Of a stretch of 64,000 nt of DNA, positions 37,132 to 46,409 are shown one piece after another. A program made the translations under genes and the position numbers. The notes beneath the pieces were generated by a model, which was not told the origin of the DNA, did no database searches, and saw only the letters and a program-made list of their open reading frames with translations. The stretch is taken from the IMG/VR virus record IMGVR_UViG_3300021978_000001, positions 320,001 through 384,000 of that record; one strand, 5' to 3'. This DNA comes from a virus. Taxonomy: Duplodnaviria; Caudoviricetes. How positions within the stretch are numbered: the stretch's first letter is position 1; the number at the start of each line of letters is the position of its first letter.

Positions 37132-37898
37132 CGGTCAAGGTTCTCTTCAGTGATAAAGACCCGGGTGCGGGCGAGGAACATGACTTCTTTGTGGGGCAGA
37201 GTGTCCTTGAGATCTATGCACACCTGCGCCGTGTGTTCTCACATCGTTACGCGTGCACCCTGGCAGACTACCACGAGGATTGCCCCGAAGCGGACCTCGC
37301 GCTCACGCATGGTGTCGCCTTCCCTTACGACGATGCGTTCTTGACCTTTGAGGCGGAGGGACGCATCGACGACATCATGTTCACCACGCTCAAGCTGTAC
37401 ATGCCTCATGCAGGGCAACAAGGAGGCCCGCTTGAGTTCACGCACAGGGTCGAGTGGGAGGCGTACAACAAGGGGTACAACACCACCAACCCCAGAGCTT
37501 ACCAGGCAAAAGTGCAGATGGTCAAAGACGTCTTCGAGACGCTCGAACATCACACCACACATTGGGAGACGGAGGGGGTGACCCATCGTTGGGGAGGCTT
37601 CGATGCTCCTCGGGTGTCCAAAAAAGCGCACCGCAAGCTCGAAGAGATCGGATACACTCGGGTGTACGAGGGCATCAATGTCACGCGTTACGCGTGTCAC
37701 GGGACGCACCTGGAAGTCTACCACACGCACGCCATCCCCCCACGTTGGGGTAACGTCAAGGTCGCTCCTGATGATGTCGAGAGCGCGCGAGCCTGGTTGA
37801 CGGATGCGCGTCGTGCGGTCGATATGTGGGAGGCCGCGTGTCGTACCGTGTTTACAGAGCCCTACCTTCAGCGACGCAAGTCCACAAAGAGGAAGTGA
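37128..37898 (+). CDS. Family A paralogue
   Basis: HRWGGF; ARAWLTDARRAVDMWEAACRTVF. Confidence 0.8.
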   Translation: MTVKVLFSDKDPGAGEEHDFFVGQSVLEIYAHLRRVFSHRYACTLADYHEDCPEADLALTHGVAFPYDDAFLTFEAEGRIDDIMFTTLKLYMPHAGQQGGPLEFTHRVEWEAYNKGYNTTNPRAYQAKVQMVKDVFETLEHHTTHWETEGVTHRWGGFDAPRVSKKAHRKLEEIGYTRVYEGINVTRYACHGTHLEVYHTHAIPPRWGNVKVAPDDVESARAWLTDARRAVDMWEAACRTVFTEPYLQRRKSTKRK

Positions 37899-37899
37899 T

Positions 37900-38577
37900 A
37901 TGTTGCAACGTGATCGTACATTCGAGGAACTCCAGGTGTGGGGGGTGCTCGAAGAGGACGCGAAGTCTTCTGGGTTGACATGCGCTTGCGAGGTGTACCA
38001 TGAGCTGCATGGTTGGGAGTTTGTGATCAGGCAACCCCTTTATAAGGTGACCCTCACCGCGTCGTTCCTTTCGGCGCACCGTTCAAAGATCCCCAAGCCA
38101 CCTCTCGTGCGATTTACCTTGTGGCTTTGTTTTGGGGAGGACAATACCGTCATCGAGGAAGCTCAATGGGATATGGATGTCTCCCGCTTCAAGCGTGACA
38201 CACCCCTCAAGCACGTCTTGTTGGCGGGGCTGGAGTTGTATCAGCGTCATGATCGCGCGCGCAAGGAGGATGCTGCTGAGTGCCTCGAACAGGTCATGAG
38301 CTGGGCTGTGCTACTTCACCAGTTGTACGGGAACGTGCAGTATAGCGAGGACCTGCGGATGTCTGATCTGGTGATGCAAGCACATTACTATCACGAACTG
38401 CGTCTCAGTGAGCTGGGGATCGTGCTACTTGGAGGGGTTACAGAAGCACCCACGGACGTGCGCGAGCTGACGTGGTATGGGGAGGTGTTGCCGACTCGAC
38501 TCGGGCGAGGCACCACGACCGTCTTTACCATGATGAGCCTTCCGTCCAACCCCTTTTACGTTGGCGTGCTTTCGTGA
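37900..38577 (+). CDS. Hypothetical protein
   Basis: GAGGA RBS before ATG at 37900. Confidence 0.75.
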   Translation: MLQRDRTFEELQVWGVLEEDAKSSGLTCACEVYHELHGWEFVIRQPLYKVTLTASFLSAHRSKIPKPPLVRFTLWLCFGEDNTVIEEAQWDMDVSRFKRDTPLKHVLLAGLELYQRHDRARKEDAAECLEQVMSWAVLLHQLYGNVQYSEDLRMSDLVMQAHYYHELRLSELGIVLLGGVTEAPTDVRELTWYGEVLPTRLGRGTTTVFTMMSLPSNPFYVGVLS

Positions 38578-38592
38578 TCCACAGGTGATAAG

Positions 38593-39276
38593 ATGCCCTT
38601 GCATAGACATGAGAGCTTGATCATCCTGCCGCCTCTGGAGCGCGCATTGGATGCTGCTGCGGACAGGCTTGTCCACCCATATCAGCACGTGATGCACGAG
38701 GTAGTGGGGGATGCCTTCGAGTTATACTTCGAGCGTCCTGATTTTTTCCTGTCCTTTCGCGCACGCTTCAAGCCTCAAATCGCGCCCGAAGGTTACTTGA
38801 ACTACGCGGGTGACCCTCAGTTTCGCTTCGAGTTCATCTTGAAGGTCAAGGAGTGGGGTGATTATGCGGGGCCGCTCCCTGACGAGTACAGCAACCTGTT
38901 CGACGTGATCGACCCTACATTGTGCTTTACTTCACGTGGTGAGATCGAGATCCCCGTGGAGCCCCGGACCACCATGTACGATTTCATCCTGCACGTGACC
39001 AGCACGCTTTGTGTCCGCATCGCGCAAATGGACTATAACCTGGATCATGTCTCGCCCTTGATGCGGATGTCCTGGTTCCTGGTGGCGCTGCGTGCGCTCA
39101 AGCACAGCGACGCTCGGCTGGGTCGAAATGTCTTCGATGATTGGATCGTCGCGTCGCATCGAAAGCACAACGCGTATGTCAAGCACCAACACGAGCAGTA
39201 TTCCCCTGGGCTCCCCCTGCGGATCGAGTATCGGAAGTGGTGTCACGAGGTCATGACCACCTATCTCTTGCCTTGA
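38593..39276 (+). CDS. Hypothetical protein
   Basis: AGGTG RBS; tiles with neighbours. Confidence 0.75.
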   Translation: MPLHRHESLIILPPLERALDAAADRLVHPYQHVMHEVVGDAFELYFERPDFFLSFRARFKPQIAPEGYLNYAGDPQFRFEFILKVKEWGDYAGPLPDEYSNLFDVIDPTLCFTSRGEIEIPVEPRTTMYDFILHVTSTLCVRIAQMDYNLDHVSPLMRMSWFLVALRALKHSDARLGRNVFDDWIVASHRKHNAYVKHQHEQYSPGLPLRIEYRKWCHEVMTTYLLP

Positions 39277-39286
39277 AGGGGTACTT

Positions 39287-39742
39287 ATGTTGATTCCATG
39301 CTTTGACTTCGAGTTGGAACGCTGGAGCTTTGAAGGCCCGGCAGTTTCCATGCGTGATCTGGAAGCGCATGACGAGCATATTATTCACATGGCCGTGGAG
39401 TTTCCCTCGAAATGGCGCATGTTTCTCAAGAGTGGCATTTATCGGAATGTGCGGCCTGCTCAACCTGATTATCGCTCGACAGCGGTCTATTTCTATTCAC
39501 CGGACCAAGAGGACCTCGTGATTGACCCTCGCAACCCGCCGCCTCCAGGGTACGCAGGGGCGAGGCGACTGGGAGTGCGCGCGCTTGATTGCCCGAAAGA
39601 CCAGTTGGTGCTTCGGGAGATGTATTCGTTGCGGCAGGTGCCGCATCACCATATGAAGGACTTGTTGATTCCAGACGCGCAGAAGCGCCTGTACGCGCGG
39701 AGCCTGGAATACATCATCTACATGTTGGAGCGTGGTCGGTGA
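39287..39742 (+). CDS. Hypothetical protein; variant group B tag (MLIPCF)
   Basis: AAGGGG RBS. Confidence 0.75.
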   Translation: MLIPCFDFELERWSFEGPAVSMRDLEAHDEHIIHMAVEFPSKWRMFLKSGIYRNVRPAQPDYRSTAVYFYSPDQEDLVIDPRNPPPPGYAGARRLGVRALDCPKDQLVLREMYSLRQVPHHHMKDLLIPDAQKRLYARSLEYIIYMLERGR

Positions 39743-40275
39743 TCAGGAACGCTTTTCGGCTCACATTAGACATCGACAACAGGCAGGTGCCTCGCATCGC
39801 CATGGTTCGTGGATACCCCGTCGAGCTTACCCATCGGCGTCGCCTGGGGCTCGTGATCGAACCGATCGAGTGGCTCGGACCCGAGGGTTACCTGTGGAAA
39901 GGGCGCCTTGCCTGGTTCGAGCTGAATACAGACTTCTGGGCATTTGGTAAGACCTACCACCTCAAGGGGCACGAGCCGCCTTACGTGCGCATGTTCCTGA
40001 TGGCGAACCGTCGTGATGTCGCGATAAGTTCGCTGCCATGCGACTTCCAAAAGGAGATGCTCCGCGTTGCCGAGTTTGGTGTCGCGTTGCGTCATGTCGA
40101 GATGGCAGACCCCTGGCTCACCAAGCTCAAAGAGCATTATGGCGGCGCCTACCCTCGCAACACAGAGCGTTGGACACCGCAGCCCTATGTCTATCCCTTC
40201 ATGGAGCCTCCACGACCTGCTCGTTCGTTCGCTGATATTCTTGCAGGGATTCAAAGGACTTACCAAAATGCGTGA
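39739..40275 (+). CDS. Hypothetical protein; variant group B tag (VIRNAF)
   Basis: GTGA overlap start. Confidence 0.7.
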   Translation: MIRNAFRLTLDIDNRQVPRIAMVRGYPVELTHRRRLGLVIEPIEWLGPEGYLWKGRLAWFELNTDFWAFGKTYHLKGHEPPYVRMFLMANRRDVAISSLPCDFQKEMLRVAEFGVALRHVEMADPWLTKLKEHYGGAYPRNTERWTPQPYVYPFMEPPRPARSFADILAGIQRTYQNA

Positions 40276-40882
40276 TCTGACAATTTATCCTGACATCGAC
40301 GCCATGTGGAACTCGCTGATCCCCGAGGCTCCGCGTTATATGGACCCCTACGTGAGCGATCATCGGTTGCATCTTCCCATCCTCGCGGGAGAGGATGTGC
40401 TGTACCTTGGCAACAAGGAGCCGCTCATTCGTCAAACCCGTGAGGGAGAGTGGCTCGCGCTCGCCAACATTCAGGTAGGCATCGGGGGTATCATGCAATA
40501 TGCCAGCCTGGATGAGATCGGGGACTTACCGGATGTGGGGACCGCGTTTACCTCACCTCGGGCATGGTACGGGGATGTGTATCACGAGGGTAAGCGGACA
40601 CGCTTTCTGCATTATTGGCATGGTTTCCGCGCGCCCATGCTCACCGAGGCGCAAGACGCCTTTCGGGAGAGCCTTGACTTGACGCTTTCTGCGGAATACT
40701 ATTGGTTCTCTACGCTGCGAATCAACCCAGCATGTGTAATCGAGGTGTACCATATCGAAGAGGTGCTGCCGATGCTCCGGGTCTTGTCTGGTTTCAAGCA
40801 AGATAATGAGGAGGCGCGGCAACACCTGGCGTGGGTCAGGGAAGGTGTGGAGCTGTTGGAGTTATTGAGGAGGTCCTGGTGA
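40268..40882 (+). CDS. Family A paralogue
   Basis: HYWHGF; VLPMLRV (same as 19961); ARQHLAWVREGVELLELLRRSW. Confidence 0.8.
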   Translation: MRDLTIYPDIDAMWNSLIPEAPRYMDPYVSDHRLHLPILAGEDVLYLGNKEPLIRQTREGEWLALANIQVGIGGIMQYASLDEIGDLPDVGTAFTSPRAWYGDVYHEGKRTRFLHYWHGFRAPMLTEAQDAFRESLDLTLSAEYYWFSTLRINPACVIEVYHIEEVLPMLRVLSGFKQDNEEARQHLAWVREGVELLELLRRSW

Positions 40883-41703
40883 GAGGTCAGTACACGCATT
40901 ACGCGAGCGAAGATGATGCGAAGACCGAGCTGTGCGAGCGCATAAGGCGCGCGGGTTACGACGTGCATCACGATGGCAACTTGATTGTCTTTCGTCTCAA
41001 TGAGCGAGATACGGCGCGCATTCTGTTTCGGGTCAACTCCGAGTTCTTTGAATGGGGCGAATGCCCTGTCGCTTGGCGTGTCCACGATCGGCATCTCGAC
41101 CAGGTACAGCAAGCCTCCCTGGAGCTTTACATCCGCAGGGGGGCAGCAGGTAGTGCAGGCTCCCATGTGGAGACTTATGACGAGCTGTGGTGTGGCTTCC
41201 CGGAAGAGGAGGAAAAAGACAACTACAAGCTGCGCGATACCTCTCGGCTGGAACGCTTGTTGGACGTGCTCAGGGACTTCAAGGCGAGCTATTGGTATCG
41301 AGAGGATACCTACGTCTTCTTGCATGGGATGGGCTTCGGGAGCTTCCCTGTGGCGCTCGATGCTCGTCTTCAGGATCTCGGTGGAAAGCGCTTCAAGCAC
41401 TACTGGACCAAGTATGCGTGCAACTACCTCTTCGATCAGGGCGCGCATCATCCGTTCGTGCTCACGATTCCGGTCGAGACCTCTCTTCGCCCGAACCTCA
41501 TGTTCACCGACAAGTACGACGACCCCGTGCATCTGGAGTTCACGACGCCGCGTCAGCTCGAAGAGTTCGCGCGCGCCTCTCGGTTGACCGCCGAACTTTT
41601 CAACACCATCTTGCGCGCGGTCCAGGATGTACGCGAGCACGACATCTTTCCCTCTCCTCTCCCGCTTGACGCGCCCTCGCCTTCTGTTGTTAATGTTGCT
41701 TGA
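40879..41703 (+). CDS. Family A paralogue
   Basis: GAGGAGG RBS; IRRAGYDV; LEEFARASRLTAELFNTILR. Confidence 0.75.
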   Translation: MRGQYTHYASEDDAKTELCERIRRAGYDVHHDGNLIVFRLNERDTARILFRVNSEFFEWGECPVAWRVHDRHLDQVQQASLELYIRRGAAGSAGSHVETYDELWCGFPEEEEKDNYKLRDTSRLERLLDVLRDFKASYWYREDTYVFLHGMGFGSFPVALDARLQDLGGKRFKHYWTKYACNYLFDQGAHHPFVLTIPVETSLRPNLMFTDKYDDPVHLEFTTPRQLEEFARASRLTAELFNTILRAVQDVREHDIFPSPLPLDAPSPSVVNVA

Positions 41704-41728
41704 CGCTTGCCTTGCTTTAAGGTATAAA
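41700..41728 (+). promoter_or_regulatory. Conserved promoter class (TAAGG variant) with overlapping hairpin 41716-41780
   Basis: TTGACG-N17-TATAAA; aaggtat/atacctt and gtctcg/cgagac arms. Confidence 0.75.
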
Positions 41729-41797
41729 GAGGTCTCGAACCTTGAATCTCGAAAATGGAAATGCGAGACGATACCTTGAAACATGGGAGAGCATGAG

Positions 41798-42172
41798 ATG
41801 AATGAACAACAGACGAAAGCCGCGAGGCTCCTGGCTGGGCTGGTGTGTGACTTCTATGAGGGTACGCGCAAGCTCGTCGAACTCGACATGCACGAGTATG
41901 GCTTGCAAGCCTACATCAACGTGCAATACTACCAGAGCTGGCTGCTGCCCTACCGCAAGTCGAGCTTGCGACCAGAGTACCTTTACAAGCAAGGCGCGTT
42001 CGGGGCTTATGTGGGCTTTATGCCCGCGAGCAAGGAGGAGGTCGCGCAGTTCACGGACATGCTTCGCGAGGTCGCGACCGAGCGGGGATGTCAAGCAGCG
42101 CTCGACATGCTCGATGCTTCACCGAGCGTTAAAGCAGGCGATAACTCCGGTGATACCTCGGGTGGCGCGTGA
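41798..42172 (+). CDS. Hypothetical protein
   Basis: GGAGA RBS; alternative start 41783. Confidence 0.7.
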   Translation: MNEQQTKAARLLAGLVCDFYEGTRKLVELDMHEYGLQAYINVQYYQSWLLPYRKSSLRPEYLYKQGAFGAYVGFMPASKEEVAQFTDMLREVATERGCQAALDMLDASPSVKAGDNSGDTSGGA

Positions 42173-42843
42173 TGATAGACAAGAGACACTTCGAGAGCTT
42201 CGACCACCTCACAACGCATATCCAGCGTAACGTCGATGTGCGTCTGTATGGGGATGCGTATGATGAGGGGTGGGCGCTCGGGCAAGAGCGTAACGCATCT
42301 TGTGGTAACCTCGAACTCATCTCGGTGCATCTCGAATACTACCCCGAGGACTGCCAGTACCTCAACGGGTTGTATTACTTCTTCGACTCGATTCAGGACT
42401 TGGAGCGCGAGGTGGAGAAGGATTGGTTCTGCATGAGCCGGTACATGACCCTAGAAGACGTGGAGCGAGGCTTGGAAGTCATGAACGCCTTTCGCGATGT
42501 CGAGTACACTGTGGACCTCGGGAAGGAGCGCACGGGGCTCTGGAAGGGTTTTCAGGCGCCTCCTGGAATCAGTGAAGGGACACGCGCCCGCGCAAAAGAG
42601 TTGGGGGTCCGGCGATTCAACAAGCGGACGTACTGGTCACAAGATTTTATCCTCGAAGGTGGTGAACCTTTCGAGAAGCATGTGACTTTCTACTTCCACC
42701 CGGACGTGCCTGTACGTTATGCGCTCCCAATGCGGACCCTCAAAGGGGTCGAGGCAGGGCGTGAGACGCTCGCGAGGATGAGGACGTTTCTCGACCGCCT
42801 CGAATTGATCGAGCGCTTGATCGGCACCGAGGCATACAAGTGA
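42172..42843 (+). CDS. Family A paralogue
   Basis: FESFDHL start motif; LWKGF; FYFHPDVP; RMRTFLDRLELIERL. Confidence 0.8.
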   Translation: MIDKRHFESFDHLTTHIQRNVDVRLYGDAYDEGWALGQERNASCGNLELISVHLEYYPEDCQYLNGLYYFFDSIQDLEREVEKDWFCMSRYMTLEDVERGLEVMNAFRDVEYTVDLGKERTGLWKGFQAPPGISEGTRARAKELGVRRFNKRTYWSQDFILEGGEPFEKHVTFYFHPDVPVRYALPMRTLKGVEAGRETLARMRTFLDRLELIERLIGTEAYK

Positions 42844-43361
42844 CATTGATCAACGCTTTTCGACCTGCAACCTTCAAGGCGTACAGCGAGTACCACTGTG
42901 GCGGCGTGATCTCTTCGTTCGCTTATCGAGGGGGGTATCTCGGGCTTGCGGCTGATCTTTACTACGATGATCCTGTCGAGGGGGTGCATGGTTATGGCCT
43001 CACGTTGACGTGTTACAGCAAGGGACCTCCCCGGGTCCCCGCGCCACGCGATGAATGCCCCAATCAGGGGCCTCCCGAGACATGGGTCTTATACGAGTAC
43101 AAGAATCCTTTGAGCCATCTCCAGGGCTCTTTGGATCTTCATGAGCTGGACCCTGAATGGGTGCGCGGAGAGAAGCTCTTGTGGGCGTTCGGACACCTTT
43201 ACATGAAGGTGGTGGAGCAGGGTGATCTGCCCTACTGGCCGATCTTGTGGAAGCCTGAATATACCGAGAGTTTGCCGCCTTGTGTTCGTTGGTTCGAGCC
43301 TCATGACTATCACTCCTATCCCCACCTCTTGTGCAAGGATACACACCATGAGCCTAGATGA
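42840..43361 (+). CDS. Group B tagged protein (MTLINAF)
   Basis: GTGA overlap start. Confidence 0.75.
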   Translation: MTLINAFRPATFKAYSEYHCGGVISSFAYRGGYLGLAADLYYDDPVEGVHGYGLTLTCYSKGPPRVPAPRDECPNQGPPETWVLYEYKNPLSHLQGSLDLHELDPEWVRGEKLLWAFGHLYMKVVEQGDLPYWPILWKPEYTESLPPCVRWFEPHDYHSYPHLLCKDTHHEPR

Positions 43362-44151
43362 TTATCCCGAATACGCGACCCTGGAGGATGCCTTCGCGGA
43401 TATGACGCGTTGCATACGCGCAGAAGATGAAGGGTTCGCGGTGTCTTACCAGGAGGCGTCACCTTATTTGCGAGAGCCTCACCTCTTGATCCAGGGGGCA
43501 GGAAGCCTCACGCCAGAGTGGTTGCTCTCCTTCGCGACGCCTTCCTCTCGAATGCTCAAGGCAGAGGGCGCTTTTTACAGCGAGTACAAGGGGGTGATCT
43601 ACGAGCCGATAACCTTGCGCTTGCATACGATTTCGATGCACAGCAGTGGGGATGGGTGCATTCTGGAGAAGGCATACCCCACGATAAACCCGCCTGTGTT
43701 CGCAGATGATAACCTTCTCGTGGAGAACCCCCCGTATGCGCTACTCCCTATTGTGCGCGCCTTGCTTTCCTGGCGTGGCCGCATCGCGCAAGGCTGGCGC
43801 ACGCTTCTCATACATGGGTTTCAGTGGCCAGGGATCGACCCTGAATTGCATCGCCGCCTGCTAGAAGAGCACGGATTTGACAATCCGAACAGCAGTTGGC
43901 AAAGGTGGAATGGAGCCTCGCTTCGGTACTCCTTTTCACAGATGGAAACGGTGTATGCGGACGAGGAACCGCAACGCATGGTGCTTTTCTACCTTTCGGT
44001 ATTTCCCGCCCGTTTCCTCCCGCCAGCGCTCGCGTTTCATACCGAGCTTCCTCTCTCCTATTCACTGGACAGGGCGGACCACGCGCTCGCCAGGATGAGG
44101 CGCGCACGCGACTTATACGCGCTTTTATTACGGACGCATTGGTCGGATTAA
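43348..44151 (+). CDS. Family A paralogue
   Basis: YATLEDAF; FQWPGI; ALARMRRARDLYALLLRT. Confidence 0.8.
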   Translation: MSLDDYPEYATLEDAFADMTRCIRAEDEGFAVSYQEASPYLREPHLLIQGAGSLTPEWLLSFATPSSRMLKAEGAFYSEYKGVIYEPITLRLHTISMHSSGDGCILEKAYPTINPPVFADDNLLVENPPYALLPIVRALLSWRGRIAQGWRTLLIHGFQWPGIDPELHRRLLEEHGFDNPNSSWQRWNGASLRYSFSQMETVYADEEPQRMVLFYLSVFPARFLPPALAFHTELPLSYSLDRADHALARMRRARDLYALLLRTHWSD

Positions 44152-44153
44152 TC

Positions 44154-44182
44154 TTTACAAGACGCGCGCGTTGTGGTATCTC
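44154..44182 (+). promoter_or_regulatory. Conserved promoter class with hairpin 44180-44214 covering the RBS
   Basis: TTTACA-N17-TATCTC with TGTGG; ctccaggg/ccctggag 8-bp inverted repeat whose right arm overlaps GGAGG. Confidence 0.75.
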
Positions 44183-44219
44183 CAGGGAGACGGCATTCAC
44201 TCGAACCCCTGGAGGACTC

Positions 44220-45041
44220 ATGCCAGAAGTCAAACACTACGAGGACCCCGAAGGCTTTGTCCTGATGATGGGGGAGCTGCAACACGAGATCGAACGTCTC
44301 CTGGCTGCCCGCGACTTTCTGTCCAACTACAAGGTGTACCTGTTCAAGTCACCGCACAAGGTGCACCAGATCCGTGTCCAGACCAGGGAGTACCTCTACT
44401 CTTTCGAGTTTCGCCTCTCCGAGAGCGCCGTGGTTCACGTCGAGCAAGGAGAGGTGGACTTGATGGATCTGTGCGTCAGCGTGCAGGGTGGGAAGCTCCT
44501 CTCGATCGACGTCCTGAAACACGAGCGCGATATTGCGGTGTGGGAAGCGGCCTGGAAGCAGCGCATGAAAGCGGACTTGCCTTCTGAAGTGGTGACGCTG
44601 CTTCAAACGGTCATGCAAGGACTCAAGACGTATCGCGTGGCATGGTTTGGTGAGCGCTTGCTCGGCCCCTCTTCCTACCAAATGTGGAATGGCTATGACT
44701 ACCACGAGGTCACGCCTGCGTTGCACGAAGAGATCGCGGCGCTCGGGTGGAAGGCAGGCGCGTTGTTGAGCACCTGGAACAGCCGTGTTCTCGATGCGCC
44801 GTCTTCGACGTGGGCCACGACGTGGTGGGGGCGCGGTCAGGAGATGTTCCGCATCTACCATGACCTGTCTTTGCGTCCTGCATGCAGCTACGACTTCGAC
44901 CATCTTCGCTCCGAATACGCCACGGTAGATGCGCTCGACCAAGCTGTGCAACGGATCTTGCGTGAAGCGGTGTATCCTGCGCGTGCGCTCGAAGACCTGT
45001 TGACGCAGCACCGCGTGGCGAGCCAGGAGCGCGAAGCATGA
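44220..45041 (+). CDS. Family A paralogue
   Basis: GGAGG RBS; MWNGY; IAALGW; FRIYHD...P. Confidence 0.75.
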   Translation: MPEVKHYEDPEGFVLMMGELQHEIERLLAARDFLSNYKVYLFKSPHKVHQIRVQTREYLYSFEFRLSESAVVHVEQGEVDLMDLCVSVQGGKLLSIDVLKHERDIAVWEAAWKQRMKADLPSEVVTLLQTVMQGLKTYRVAWFGERLLGPSSYQMWNGYDYHEVTPALHEEIAALGWKAGALLSTWNSRVLDAPSSTWATTWWGRGQEMFRIYHDLSLRPACSYDFDHLRSEYATVDALDQAVQRILREAVYPARALEDLLTQHRVASQEREA

Positions 45042-45700
45042 CGTTGGATGTGCATGGCTTTCGTGAACACCTTGTCCAGCTCGTGGGGGGTGAATGGGTA
45101 GGGGAGTACCTGCTCGTGGTAGAGTCACGCGATCTATTCATGCACCTTCAGGTGAGCGTCTTCGGCGGTCGCGAAATCGGTGAGAGGCTGCATCACCCTG
45201 AGATCAAGGTGTACGTGTACAATCGCTTGCGGCTCAACGACAAGGGGGAGCCTTCACTGCGATGTTGGACCCACGATGCCATGCTCACGTCGGAGGATTA
45301 CAAGAGAGACCGCGAGGATTACACCGGGGGGCAACTTCGACAGATACAGACATGGCTCGATGCCTTGCCACAAACGCCTGTGAGCTACGAGGACAAGCGC
45401 GGGACACATTTGTGGGCGTGGGCTCACCTTCCTGTCCCGGACCACACAGCGATGCTCTTACGCAGCATAGGCGCCGAACCTCTTTCTCGCGAAGATTACA
45501 CATGGCGGCATCGTCCGTTTTCGAGCCCCTGGCAGCTCGGAGAGGCTGTGTATGAGATCTTTCATGTCGCAGGTATCCCGCCCCGCTTGCCGCTGCAAGC
45601 CTGTGAACTGGGAAGTAACGAGGACGCGCGCGCGTACCTTGCCCGCGTTCGGCGCCAGGTCGATCAATACGAACTGATTCTACGAACCTTGAGGAGATGA
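45038..45700 (+). CDS. Family A paralogue
   Basis: ARAYLARVRRQVDQYELILRTL. Confidence 0.8.
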   Translation: MTLDVHGFREHLVQLVGGEWVGEYLLVVESRDLFMHLQVSVFGGREIGERLHHPEIKVYVYNRLRLNDKGEPSLRCWTHDAMLTSEDYKRDREDYTGGQLRQIQTWLDALPQTPVSYEDKRGTHLWAWAHLPVPDHTAMLLRSIGAEPLSREDYTWRHRPFSSPWQLGEAVYEIFHVAGIPPRLPLQACELGSNEDARAYLARVRRQVDQYELILRTLRR

Positions 45701-45701
45701 T

Positions 45702-46409
45702 ATGCAGATGTTCCCCGATCAAAAGACGTTCTGGGAGGTCTACCTCCAACATCTCGAAGCAACCTTGCCTGAGTGGACCTTCGCCTTGAAAGTCGAGGAG
45801 GAATCTGAGACGGCGGTTTCGGAGAACCACGAGGCGTATTACATCCTGGCAAAGTCCCCGAGGTTTACCTATGACCTCCTCGTGCGCTGTGACTTTTACC
45901 ACGCCCCGAAGACCTCTACCGAGTCTCTCATGAACATGCTGGTTTTGCCCATAGGCCAGGGCGGGTGGCCGCTCACGAAGTGGTTTGCTCCGCCTGATGA
46001 CTCTGAATTGGGTATAGACATCCGGGAGGACGTGCGCGAGTTGAACGATGCCATGTCTTCCTGGAAAGCAGCGTATCAGGAGAGTGATGGTTCTGTGACG
46101 CGGTATGTGGGGTGGGCGCTTGAGTTTGACCTCGATCGCATCCACCAGATGTGTGAGACGTTCGAGGGGCAGATTATCTCAGATGCTCCGGGAGAGCGCA
46201 CGGTGGTGTGTGCTTTCGAGCACTTCGAGCTGGAGGTCTGGCCCGACAATACGTTCTTGCCCGAGTTCGTGTTCCGAGACTTGCGACCGTGCATGGGCAC
46301 AGACGCCGCGCGTGCGGGCATCCAACTTCACCGTAAAGCGGTAGACCTGTACGAGCTGATCCTTCGCACGTACTGGCCTGCCTCACCTTCCCTGGAGGAC
46401 CCCTCATGA
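45702..46409 (+). CDS. Family A paralogue
   Basis: HRKAVDLYELILRTYW. Confidence 0.8.
   Translation: MQMFPDQKTFWEVYLQHLEATLPEWTFALKVEEESETAVSENHEAYYILAKSPRFTYDLLVRCDFYHAPKTSTESLMNMLVLPIGQGGWPLTKWFAPPDDSELGIDIREDVRELNDAMSSWKAAYQESDGSVTRYVGWALEFDLDRIHQMCETFEGQIISDAPGERTVVCAFEHFELEVWPDNTFLPEFVFRDLRPCMGTDAARAGIQLHRKAVDLYELILRTYWPASPSLEDPS

Noticed and set aside
41729-41790. tRNA-like element in the structured leader
   Set aside because: No cloverleaf, T-loop GTTCRA or acceptor stem; treated as a promoter-overlapping hairpin instead.
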